NCBI GenBank assembly: GCA_035498035.1
Contig: DATKAN010000025.1
Coordinates: 145,190 to 209,189, forward strand
DNA length: 64,000 nt
Direction of reading: 5' to 3'
Origin: Nitrospiria bacterium
GTDB lineage: Bacteria > Nitrospirota > Nitrospiria > JACQBZ01
The position numbers and the translations under genes are program-made. The notes under the pieces were generated by a model. That model made no database searches, had not been told where the DNA came from, and saw only the letters and a list, made by a program, of their open reading frames with translations. Of the stretch, positions 8,426 through 17,183 are shown in pieces. The first letter of the stretch is position 1, and each line of letters begins with the position of its first letter.

Positions 8426-10658
8426 GAGGTATGTCATTCCAACCCTTCCCACACGTCAAGAAATCTTAAAGCGGATCGAGAAACAATCCGCCCATCCCAT
8501 GCTTCTGCGCGAACTGATGCGCTCGCTCGGCATCCCGAAGAATCGCCGGGCGGCCTTTCAAAAGTTTTTGGACGAGATGATCCGGGACGGCGAGCTGATC
8601 GCCATCAAGGGCAACCGCTACGGCATTCCCGGAAAGATGAATCTGGTGACCGGCCGGCTTCAGTGTCACCCGAACGGGTTCGGGTTCGTCGTCCCGGAAA
8701 AGGCGGACGGGCCGGATCTTTTCATCGGGCGGCGAGGCATGATGGAGGCGATGCATGGCGACCGCGTCGTGGCCCGAATCGAATCCACCAAGCCGGACGG
8801 CCGACGGGAGGGTCGGATCATTCGCGTCCTGGAACGGGGGATGAGCCGGATCGTCGGGCGGTTTGAATCGGGACGAGAGTTCGGATTCATCGTCCCGACC
8901 GAAAAACAGGTCTGCCGGGATCTGTATGTCAGTCCCGATCTCACGGGCGGCGCCAAGACCGGCGATCTGGTCGTGGCCGAGATTACGTCTTATCCCACGC
9001 CGCATCGAAACCCGGAGGGGCGAATCGTCCAAGTACTCGGCCAGGCCGGGGATTCCAAGATCGACACCGAGATGGTGATCGCCGAGTTCGGTCTTCCCAA
9101 GGTTTTTCCCAAAGAGGTTCTCGTCGAGTCACAGGCCGTTCCCGAAACGGTTTCGGCGGACATGATCCGAAATCGACGGGATCTTCGGGATCTCAACACC
9201 GTCACAATCGACGGAGAACGGGCCCGCGATTTCGACGACGCCGTTTCCATTCAAAGGCTGCCTCACGACCGAATCCGGCTCTGGGTCCACATCGCCGATG
9301 TCGGCCATTATGTCCCGTGGGACTCACCGCTCGATCTGGAGGCCCGCCGCCGGGGAACCAGCGTTTATTTTCCCGATCAGGTCGTCCCGATGTTTCCCGA
9401 ACGGCTTTCGAACGGAATCTGCAGCTTGAATCCCAGGGTGGACCGTCTCACGCTGACGGCCGAGATGCTGTTCGATCCAAACGGGCAGCGGTTGGAATAC
9501 GATATATATGAAAGCGTTATCCGGAGCAATGAACGGATGACCTACACGGCCATCAAAAAAATCCTCATCGATCAGGATCCGGAGCTGGGCCGGACCTACG
9601 ACTATCTGCGGAACGACTTTGAGCTGATGGAAGCGCTTTGCCGCCGGCTCATGGCGGTCCGCACCCACGACGGGAGCATCGATTTTGACCTCCCTGAACC
9701 GGAGATCATTTTAGACCTTCAAGGACAGACCACGGATATTATCCGGGAGGAGCGCCACATCGCTCACCGGATCATCGAGGAATTCATGCTGGCGGCCAAC
9801 CGGACCGTGGCCGAGCATATGACGGAGCAGAACGTCCCGTTCATTTACCGCATTCACGATTCGCCAGACCCGGAGAAAATTCATGACTTCATCCAGTTCG
9901 TCGGAAGTTTCGGCCTGCGGTTCTCGGGACCCAAGTCGGGCCATGCTCCGGAGAAAGTCCGGCCCAAGGCGTTTCAGAATGTGCTTGAACAAGTGAAGGG
10001 CCGCCCCGAGGAGCGATTGATTAATCACGTCCTGCTCCGGTCCATGAAACAGGCCAAGTATTCGACCCAGAATGTCGGCCATTTCGGGCTGGCGTTCGAT
10101 CACTACACGCATTTTACCTCCCCCATTCGACGTTATCCCGATCTCATCGTCCATCGACTCGTCAAGGAGATGATTCATCACCGTGAAATGTCCCCCCACC
10201 GACGGACGGTCTTTGAAAAGCTCCTCCCCCAGGTGGCCCAGACCAGCTCGGAACGGGAGCGCGTCGCGATGGAGGCCGAACGCGAAGCGGTTGATTTAAA
10301 GAAGGTCCGTTTTCTGGCGGACAAGGAGGGGGAAGAGTTCTACGGGTTCATCACGGGCGTGACCGCATTCGGGTTCTTCGTGGAGCTGGAGGAGATGTTC
10401 GTGGAGGGGTTGGTCCATATCAGCTCGATCCCGGACGATTACTATGTCTACGAAGAAAAACAGCACCGTTTGATAGGCCGCCGCCACCGACGGATCTTCC
10501 GGATCGCCGACCGTGTCAAGGTCCGCGTCGAAAAGGTCGACCTGATCAAACGCCAGGCCGACTTCCGGCTGGCGGAGGAGGGCGACCGGAAGGCTCCGCA
10601 CGAGAGAACGATGCACCAGCGGCGAGAAAAAGGCACGAAAAGAAGGCGCGGAAGATAA
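8406..10658 (+). CDS. rnr: Ribonuclease R (VacB/RNase II family 3'-5' exoribonuclease)
   Basis: N-terminal winged-HTH, cold-shock domains, RNB motifs (DFDDAVSIQ...; HFGLAFDHYTHFTSPIRRYPDL), a C-terminal S1 domain and a basic tail. The start is uncertain: the ATG at 8406 overlaps fabH by 20 nt, and an AGGAGG at 8424-8429 suggests a non-ATG start near 8436. Confidence 0.85.
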   Translation: MHWSVIRRYVIPTLPTRQEILKRIEKQSAHPMLLRELMRSLGIPKNRRAAFQKFLDEMIRDGELIAIKGNRYGIPGKMNLVTGRLQCHPNGFGFVVPEKADGPDLFIGRRGMMEAMHGDRVVARIESTKPDGRREGRIIRVLERGMSRIVGRFESGREFGFIVPTEKQVCRDLYVSPDLTGGAKTGDLVVAEITSYPTPHRNPEGRIVQVLGQAGDSKIDTEMVIAEFGLPKVFPKEVLVESQAVPETVSADMIRNRRDLRDLNTVTIDGERARDFDDAVSIQRLPHDRIRLWVHIADVGHYVPWDSPLDLEARRRGTSVYFPDQVVPMFPERLSNGICSLNPRVDRLTLTAEMLFDPNGQRLEYDIYESVIRSNERMTYTAIKKILIDQDPELGRTYDYLRNDFELMEALCRRLMAVRTHDGSIDFDLPEPEIILDLQGQTTDIIREERHIAHRIIEEFMLAANRTVAEHMTEQNVPFIYRIHDSPDPEKIHDFIQFVGSFGLRFSGPKSGHAPEKVRPKAFQNVLEQVKGRPEERLINHVLLRSMKQAKYSTQNVGHFGLAFDHYTHFTSPIRRYPDLIVHRLVKEMIHHREMSPHRRTVFEKLLPQVAQTSSERERVAMEAEREAVDLKKVRFLADKEGEEFYGFITGVTAFGFFVELEEMFVEGLVHISSIPDDYYVYEEKQHRLIGRRHRRIFRIADRVKVRVEKVDLIKRQADFRLAEEGDRKAPHERTMHQRREKGTKRRRGR

Positions 10659-10721
10659 TTTAACGGGAACAAGGCCCCTGGCTCCGCGCCGTGTAATGAA
10701 CGCCTGCGGCCACAATTAATT

Positions 10722-10742
10722 CCGTTCCCTCACCGGGAACGG
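10722..10742. terminator. Candidate bidirectional hairpin between the convergent rnr and CoA-binding genes
   Basis: The 8-bp stem ccgttccc/gggaacgg with loop tcacc spans the stop of the minus-strand gene. Flanking U-tracts are weak. Confidence 0.25.
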
Positions 10743-11167
10743 TGCACTTTCATCATGCATTTGTCCATGATGACGGTCAGGCCGGCGGCCTTGGCCCGTT
10801 CGGCCGCGGCGTTGTTCACAATCCCCTCCTGCATCCAGACGACCTTCGCTCCGATGGCGATCGCCTCTTCAACAATCGGAGGAACGTCTTTCGGCGGACG
10901 GAAAATATCGACGATCTCGACTTTTTGGGGAATCTCCTTCAAACCGGCATATACCTTTTGGCCTAAAATTTCCCCTTTCGCCGTCGGGTTCACCGGAATG
11001 ACGGTGTAGCCGTGCTCTTTGAGATACTTGGGAACGTAATGGCTGGGTTTTTCGGGATTGGTGGAAAAACCGACGACCGCGATGGTTTTGTATCGGTCCA
11101 TCACACTTCGGGCCTCTTCCTCCGAAACCCGGAAGGCCGGCAGCTCGCACATTTCTTCGCTGGTCAT
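10730..11167 (-). CDS. CoA-binding domain protein (YccU/CoA_binding_2 family)
   Basis: AVVGFSTNPEKPSHYVPKYLKEHGYTVIPVNP is the CoA-binding Rossmann signature. The start was moved to the internal Met (MTSEEM...) preceded by AAGGGGGG. The upstream 42 codons are Gly/Pro/Arg-rich and unlikely to be coding. Confidence 0.65.
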   Translation of the reverse strand: MTSEEMCELPAFRVSEEEARSVMDRYKTIAVVGFSTNPEKPSHYVPKYLKEHGYTVIPVNPTAKGEILGQKVYAGLKEIPQKVEIVDIFRPPKDVPPIVEEAIAIGAKVVWMQEGIVNNAAAERAKAAGLTVIMDKCMMKVHRSR

Positions 11168-11181
11168 TGTCAACCCCCCTT

Positions 11182-11424
11182 TCACGGTTTCGAGGCCGCG
11201 ATCTTTTCGACCGCAAGGGTGATTCGATAAAGCAGCCACAGGCCCAACAGGACGATCGCCGCCTTGACCAGGCCGAACAGTCCCCACCACCAAAGGTAGC
11301 CGCCCATCACACCGTAATGGCGGCCTTCATCGCCCATCATATATCCGCCGCCCGTCTGAGCCATCGCCCAGGAACCGAACGCGACCATCGAGACCAGGAT
11401 CAGACTCGCAAGGATCTTTTTCAT
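11182..11424 (-). CDS. Small secreted/membrane protein (80 aa) with a signal peptide, a Met/Gly/His-rich stretch, a Trp-rich hydrophobic C-terminus and one TM helix
   Basis: MKKILASLILVSMVAFGSWAMA signal peptide, then GGGYMMGDEGRHYGVMGGYLWWWGLFGLV and a hydrophobic helix. AAAGGAG RBS. Confidence 0.4.
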   Translation of the reverse strand: MKKILASLILVSMVAFGSWAMAQTGGGYMMGDEGRHYGVMGGYLWWWGLFGLVKAAIVLLGLWLLYRITLAVEKIAASKP

Positions 11425-11525
11425 GACCGACTCCTTTCGGAAGGAAATAAAACCGGCGCGATGCGCCTCATTCTCGCAACTATAGCACTCCACTCGGATG
11501 GGATGCAAACAGACCCGCGTCTGTA

Positions 11526-12290
11526 TTACTGGGTTTCCGTCAGAGAAGTAACGATGTAGGAGCGGCTCTTCGCGTCATGGGTGATCTTGATCAGCTCATG
11601 CTTGGCCGCGTCCTCAAGAAGCTTGCTGAAGGAGCTGTAGCCGTAGTAGGACTCGTTGAAAGAGGGCTGCTTTCGCTTCATGGTCTGCTTCACCATGGAA
11701 CCCCAGATCACCTCTTTATCTTCCCGCTGAAGGGCCTCGATCGTTTCGAGCAGGAGTTCGAAGCATTCCTTCTTCTTCTCTGGCAGCTGGGTCACCGCCT
11801 TGGGTTTCGGCTTCGCGGTGCGCACAAGGTCTTCGTAATAGATAAATTCGTCACAGTTCGAGGCCAGCAGCGTCGACGTGGAATTTTTCACGCCCACCCC
11901 GATGACGTGCTTGTCGTTTTCCTTCAGCTTCGAGACCAGCGGGGTGAAATCGCTGTCTCCCGAGGCGATCACGAAGATGTTCACGTGCTCTTTGGAGGCG
12001 GCCAGCTCCATCGCATCCACCACCAGCTTGATATCGGCGCTGTTCTTTCCGCTGTAACGCTTGTGCGGAATATCGATCAACTCGATTCCGGCCTCATGGA
12101 ACGCGCGCTTATATTCCTTGTACACATCCCAATCGGCATAGGCCTTCTTGACGATCAGCTTGCCCTTTTCCACCAGGCGCGCCAAAACCTTGCCGATCTC
12201 AAAGCTGGAATACTTCGCCTCACGCACGCCGAGCGCGATGTTCTCCAGGTCGACAAAGAGCGCCAGCCTCGATTCTTCCGATACCGCCAT
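11526..12290 (-). CDS. NYN-domain (LabA-like PIN-fold nuclease) protein with a C-terminal OST-HTH/LOTUS domain
   Basis: LALFVDLENI...ASGDSDFTPLVSKLKENDKHVIGVG is the NYN catalytic-core pattern. The C-terminal ~70 aa match OST-HTH. Start set at the internal Met (MAVSEE...). Confidence 0.7.
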   Translation of the reverse strand: MAVSEESRLALFVDLENIALGVREAKYSSFEIGKVLARLVEKGKLIVKKAYADWDVYKEYKRAFHEAGIELIDIPHKRYSGKNSADIKLVVDAMELAASKEHVNIFVIASGDSDFTPLVSKLKENDKHVIGVGVKNSTSTLLASNCDEFIYYEDLVRTAKPKPKAVTQLPEKKKECFELLLETIEALQREDKEVIWGSMVKQTMKRKQPSFNESYYGYSSFSKLLEDAAKHELIKITHDAKSRSYIVTSLTETQ

Positions 12291-12543
12291 CGGCCGCCAT
12301 TCTCCTTTCCAATGCACCGGTTTCACAACCGGAGATGGTTTCAAGGCCGGGAATGAACATAACATCATTGAACCGGATACGTCAACCTAAGCGGACAGCC
12401 ATACAGGATATGGTAGCATCCCTTATCCATAACCACTCAATCTTGTACTTTTTTCTTTACTTCATATTTCAGATATGTTATATGTTTTCGTCAAACTGGG
12501 ATAAGCGGGTCCGGTCCGGCCGGCGGAATAACCAAGGAGGCCT

Positions 12544-15500
12544 ATGTTCCTTAAAAAACTGGAGTTGATCGGGTTCAAGTCGTTCGCCGAATCGATGGTG
12601 GTAACGTTTCAGCCCGGGATTACGGCGATCGTGGGACCGAACGGCTGCGGAAAGAGCAATATCGTGGACGCCGTCCTTTGGGTACTGGGAGAGCAGAGCA
12701 CCAAGGCGCTCCGTTCCGATCGAATGGAGGACGTGATTTTTAACGGCAGCGAAACCCGGCGACCGCTTAATCTATCCCAAGTAATTCTGACCGTCGGCGA
12801 TGTCACCGGAGAAATCGCGGGGCAGTTCGGCGATTACCAGGAGATCGCCATCAGCCGCCGGTTGTTCCGAACCGGCGAAAGCGAGTACCTGATCAACAAG
12901 ACCCCGTGCCGGTTAAAAGACATCCGAGACCTTCTCATCGATACGGGCGCCGGCCACAAAGGGCACACCATTATCGAACAGGGAAAAGTCGACCAGCTCT
13001 TAAACGCCTCGCCGCTTGAACGCCGCGAGCTGATCGAGGAGACGGCCGGCATCTCCAAGTACAAATTGAGAAAGGCCGAGGCCGAACGAAAGCTGGAAGC
13101 CACGCAACAAAACCTTCTCCGCGTCCGTGATATCATCGGCGAGGTCAAGCGGCAAATCAACGCTCTGGATCGGCAGGTCAAAAAGACCGAGCTCTACCAG
13201 GAACTCCGGACCGAGACCCGGGGCTTGGAACTGAAGCTTCTGGTTTCGGAATACCGGGATCATCGGACGACGCTTTCCGAAGTCCTCCGTCAGATGGCCG
13301 AACTGAAGACCGATGAATCCGCGCTTCTGGCGGAGCTCTCCAGAACCGAGGCCGAGCTGCAGGCCGTAAAAACTGGCGCACTCCAGAAAGAGACGGCCCT
13401 TTCTTCGTTGAAACAGGCGGTCTACGACACCCAGACCTTGATCCATCGGCAGGAAAATCGGATCGAGCTTTTACGCCATCAGATCCATTCCTGGGAGGAG
13501 CAACGTTCAAAGCTCGGCCAGGAACAGACGCGTCTCGAACAATCCCTCACGCTATCCGTTGCGCAAGGGGAAGAGACCGAACGGCAATTGTCCGATGTGG
13601 TCACGATTCTTTCCGATCGGCGGGAACGATTGACGATCCAGGAAACCGCGCTGGCCGAGGTGGAAACTCAACGCGCCGTCCAGGATGCCGGTCTGGAAGA
13701 AAACAAGACGCGACTCTTTGAGACCATGGCCGAAATGACCGAGGTGAAGAACCGCGTCGCCTCTCTCGAATCACGCAAAAAAGAGATTCAGCGGATCCAG
13801 GACAAGGGCCGGTCCGAATTATCCTCGGTGGATCAGCAGATCGATCAGACCCGTCAGGCCTTGGAGGCGGAACAATCCCGCCTGAACGATTTCCTGGATA
13901 CCCTGAACCGGGTCCAGGCCGAGGGGGCCCGCCTTGGCGATGAAGTGCACCAAAAACAGGGCGCGATCGCAACGCGGACCGAGGCCATTCTCGGTCAGCG
14001 GGAGGTGCTGACGCTCGCGCAGGCTCGCCTCGCATCGCTGAAGGAGAACGAAAAAGCGATGATGACGACCCAGGCCGGCATCCTCGCCTGGCTTTCCGAG
14101 CGGCCTGAACTCCGAAACCGGCTTCACGGCATTGTGGCCGATCTCCTGGAAGTACCAAAGGCTTTTGAGCCGGCCATCGAAGCGGCTCTGGGCGACCAGC
14201 TCCAGGGTCTATTGATAGACGATCATGCGACCATCAAAGAAATCGTTCAGTCCTTGAAATCGGTCCAGCTCGGCCGGGGGGTTTTCCTCCCCCGAACCCC
14301 GCGTCAGACACGAACCGCCCAGGTTCACTCCTCCGGCGAAGAGTTCGACGGCTTCATCGGACCGGCGCTGCAGCAAATCAAAGTCAGGTCCGGTTTCGAG
14401 GCCGCGGCCCAAGCCCTCCTGGGCGATGTTCTTCTGGTTCGAGATCTTGAATCGGCATTGAAACTTTGGAGTCAACTCCGGATCGGCTATACCATTGTGA
14501 CGCTGGAAGGGGAAGTCCTCTCCCCGAGCGGCCTTCTTTGGGCGGGACGGCGCACCGGATCACAACAAGGACTCCTATTAACCCGGCGTGAAATTCGTGA
14601 GGCCGAAGAACAATTAATCCAACTTGAGAGCGACCTGGGCCGGTCCGAGACCGATAAGGCCGCGCTCGCATCGGATCTGGAGCGACTTCAACAACGACAA
14701 CTGGAACTGATCGAGCAACGACAACTGGAGGAAGCAACCATCGCGGCCCAGCGGCAGAAGATCGCCCTTCTGGAAGCGGACCGTCTCCGTCTCGAGGAGA
14801 GACGGGGCTTGTTGCAGACCGAACACGCCCAGGAAGCGCAGGAAGTCGTCACGGCGGAGCAGGCCCTGGCCGAGGCCTTGCTCCGCTTGGAAGCTCAACG
14901 GGAAGAGCAGGGGCGGATCGAAAACGAGCTTGCGCGCCTCCAGGAAACGGCCAAAAACTTCTCCGAACGACAAGACCTTCTTCGTTCCGAAGTGACCCAG
15001 CTGAAGGTGGATGTCTCGGCGTTGGTTCAACGGGAGGAGGCGCTGTCCAAAGAGAAGCTCCGCCGGCGGGAGGATCAGGCCTCACTAACGGAACAACAAC
15101 ACCGCCAAGCCACTGAAATAACGACCCTCGAGTCAAAAGGGTTGGCCGCCCGCCAGGACATCGAGCAAACCGAAAAGACTATCGGCACCTTGAGCGCCCA
15201 ACTCTCCGAGACACAGCAGCGCCTGTCGGTCGAGACCGAATCCTACATGGCCGATCTTGGGCAGATCAACCAGCTGGAAAACCGTCTGGGCCAGGTCCGG
15301 GCCGAACGAGCCCGAGCGGAAAAACTGCACAATGAACTGGACATGCGCCAGACCGAGTTGAAGCTTCGGATCGAGCACCTGGTCGATCAGGCCTCCAGTC
15401 TCCATCAAACGGTGCTTGAGGACGCGGCCGAGGCGATGACGGAACCGATCAATCCCGCCCCGGTACAGGAACGGCTTAGCGAACTTCGGGCCAAATTAGA

Positions 15501-16170
15501 TCAGCTGGGACCGGTGAACCTGGCCGCCATCGATGAATACCGGGAACTGGATGAACGATACCGGTTTCTTACGACACAGGAGACCGACCTCACCCAATCG
15601 ATCGAGGACCTCGAGTCCGCCATTTCGAAAATCAACCGGACCACCAAGGAAATGTTTTTTTCAACGTACTCGGCCTTGCGCGAAAAATTCAAGGAGGTCT
15701 TCCAGAATTTTTTTGTGGGAGGACAGGCCGATCTGGTCCTTCTCGATGAAAACAACCCGCTGGAGTCGGGGATCGAGATTGTGGCCCAGCCCCCGGGAAA
15801 GCGGCTGAAGAGCATCAGCCTTCTGTCCGGCGGAGAAAAGGCCCTGACCGCGATCGCCCTGTTGTTTGCCAGTTTTCTGATCCATCCCAGCCCGTTTTGC
15901 ATCCTGGACGAGATCGACGCCCCCCTGGATGAGGAGAACATCCGCCGGTTCCTGAAGGTGCTTCGCCAGATGACGGACCACTCCCAGTTCCTGATCATCA
16001 CCCACAACAAGCGGACCATGGAACAGGCCGATCTTCTGTACGGGGTCACGATGGAAGAGGCCGGGGTGTCCAAACTGGTCTCGATCAAATTGGGGGCAAA
16101 CGGCAACGGCCATACCGTACTCGACCCCGCGTCCGTGACGGCCGAGTCCTCCACGACCGCAACGGCCTAG
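12544..16170 (+). CDS. smc: Chromosome partition protein SMC
   Basis: 1208 aa. N-terminal Walker A GPNGCGKSN, long coiled coils, a hinge and a C-terminal LSGGEK signature motif. AAGGAGG RBS. Confidence 0.95.
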   Translation: MFLKKLELIGFKSFAESMVVTFQPGITAIVGPNGCGKSNIVDAVLWVLGEQSTKALRSDRMEDVIFNGSETRRPLNLSQVILTVGDVTGEIAGQFGDYQEIAISRRLFRTGESEYLINKTPCRLKDIRDLLIDTGAGHKGHTIIEQGKVDQLLNASPLERRELIEETAGISKYKLRKAEAERKLEATQQNLLRVRDIIGEVKRQINALDRQVKKTELYQELRTETRGLELKLLVSEYRDHRTTLSEVLRQMAELKTDESALLAELSRTEAELQAVKTGALQKETALSSLKQAVYDTQTLIHRQENRIELLRHQIHSWEEQRSKLGQEQTRLEQSLTLSVAQGEETERQLSDVVTILSDRRERLTIQETALAEVETQRAVQDAGLEENKTRLFETMAEMTEVKNRVASLESRKKEIQRIQDKGRSELSSVDQQIDQTRQALEAEQSRLNDFLDTLNRVQAEGARLGDEVHQKQGAIATRTEAILGQREVLTLAQARLASLKENEKAMMTTQAGILAWLSERPELRNRLHGIVADLLEVPKAFEPAIEAALGDQLQGLLIDDHATIKEIVQSLKSVQLGRGVFLPRTPRQTRTAQVHSSGEEFDGFIGPALQQIKVRSGFEAAAQALLGDVLLVRDLESALKLWSQLRIGYTIVTLEGEVLSPSGLLWAGRRTGSQQGLLLTRREIREAEEQLIQLESDLGRSETDKAALASDLERLQQRQLELIEQRQLEEATIAAQRQKIALLEADRLRLEERRGLLQTEHAQEAQEVVTAEQALAEALLRLEAQREEQGRIENELARLQETAKNFSERQDLLRSEVTQLKVDVSALVQREEALSKEKLRRREDQASLTEQQHRQATEITTLESKGLAARQDIEQTEKTIGTLSAQLSETQQRLSVETESYMADLGQINQLENRLGQVRAERARAEKLHNELDMRQTELKLRIEHLVDQASSLHQTVLEDAAEAMTEPINPAPVQERLSELRAKLDQLGPVNLAAIDEYRELDERYRFLTTQETDLTQSIEDLESAISKINRTTKEMFFSTYSALREKFKEVFQNFFVGGQADLVLLDENNPLESGIEIVAQPPGKRLKSISLLSGGEKALTAIALLFASFLIHPSPFCILDEIDAPLDEENIRRFLKVLRQMTDHSQFLIITHNKRTMEQADLLYGVTMEEAGVSKLVSIKLGANGNGHTVLDPASVTAESSTTATA

Positions 16171-16261
16171 CGTTTGCTAAAAGAAGGTTGGAAGAGGGAT
16201 AGGTTTAGGGTCGGGGCGCCCGAAGGATGGGTCCGGCCGGTCCCCTTGGAGCCGGATTTAA

Positions 16262-16558
16262 TCAATACAGTTTCAGATCACTGAACTGCTCTTCGATATT
16301 TTCGATCAGGTCCTTGGCCTTCTTCTCGATCAGGCTTTCTTTGACCTGTTTGTCCTGCCGTAGTTGGAAGAGTTCGTGCGTGATATTGACGGCCGCCAGC
16401 AAGGCCAATTTCGCGGCGGGGAAATTCTTTCCGCTCTTGGCCAGCTCGTTCATCTTTCCGTCCACGTATCGAGCCAATTTGCCGACATACTGTTCATCCG
16501 CCTCTCCCGCAATGGTATAACGCTGGCCGTAGATCTCCACCTCCACTTGTTTTTTCAC
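16262..16558 (-). CDS. zapA: Cell division protein ZapA
   Basis: 98 aa. VEVEIYGQRYTIAGEADEQYV...LALLAAVNITHEL is the typical ZapA pattern. Confidence 0.8.
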   Translation of the reverse strand: MKKQVEVEIYGQRYTIAGEADEQYVGKLARYVDGKMNELAKSGKNFPAAKLALLAAVNITHELFQLRQDKQVKESLIEKKAKDLIENIEEQFSDLKLY

Positions 16559-16827
16559 GTCTCCCCTCGCTTTCTGGACCCGGTCGCCTCCGCCGGTTCC
16601 CGACGGGCCGCCCCGGTCTCCATTTCGGACAGGATTCGCTTCACCCGGGAGCGCAATCGCACCCGGTCATGGCTCCACCGGAGCGTATCGCGTTCCCGCT
16701 TGGCCAATTGTTGAGAGATCGTCCTGACCTTCTGTTCCAAAAAGGTGTTGTCTTGTCTCAAGCGCTTCACCAGTTCCAAGATCTGGTGAACGCGCTTTTC
16801 CAACAATGTCATTTGATCGATGGGCAT
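16555..16827 (-). CDS. Small coiled-coil protein upstream of zapA (ZapB-like / cell-division-associated)
   Basis: 90 aa of heptad-rich coiled coil. It overlaps the zapA start by 4 nt, so it is translationally coupled. Confidence 0.5.
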   Translation of the reverse strand: MPIDQMTLLEKRVHQILELVKRLRQDNTFLEQKVRTISQQLAKRERDTLRWSHDRVRLRSRVKRILSEMETGAARREPAEATGSRKRGET

Positions 16828-17183
16828 GACGACGGTTCCTAAATATTAGGGGCTCACGTCGCCCCCATCAACTGTGGGGGCCCGTGCGGGCTTTGCTCCT
16901 CCGATGCCCCCACGCCCCGCGCTCGGACGGGCCAAGCCCGATCCTCGCTTTCACCAGCGAAGCCGGATGGAGCCTCCCCTCTGGTTCGCCGTGTACACCG
17001 GGTAGAACTACGCGTCTTGGCCACCGAGAGTCGAATGGATTCAATCGAAAAGTATGGGACATGCCCGACGGCGGAAATGCCGTCCGGGAGAATGGAACGG
17101 AACCACGGACCTTCCGATGAGGAGAGATCACGTTCGCAACTCCTCAAAATTGACCCCACTATACCGTCTTCCCGCCTCACTTG

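Noticed and set aside
13000-15408. Multiple 90-185-aa ORFs on the minus strand inside smc
   Set aside because: They are antisense to the 1208-aa SMC gene. All are low-complexity GC-rich frames.
16171-16261. Possible bidirectional terminator between convergent smc and zapA (ccggccgg core)
   Set aside because: It is only a short self-complementary GC core with no convincing extended stem or U-tract.
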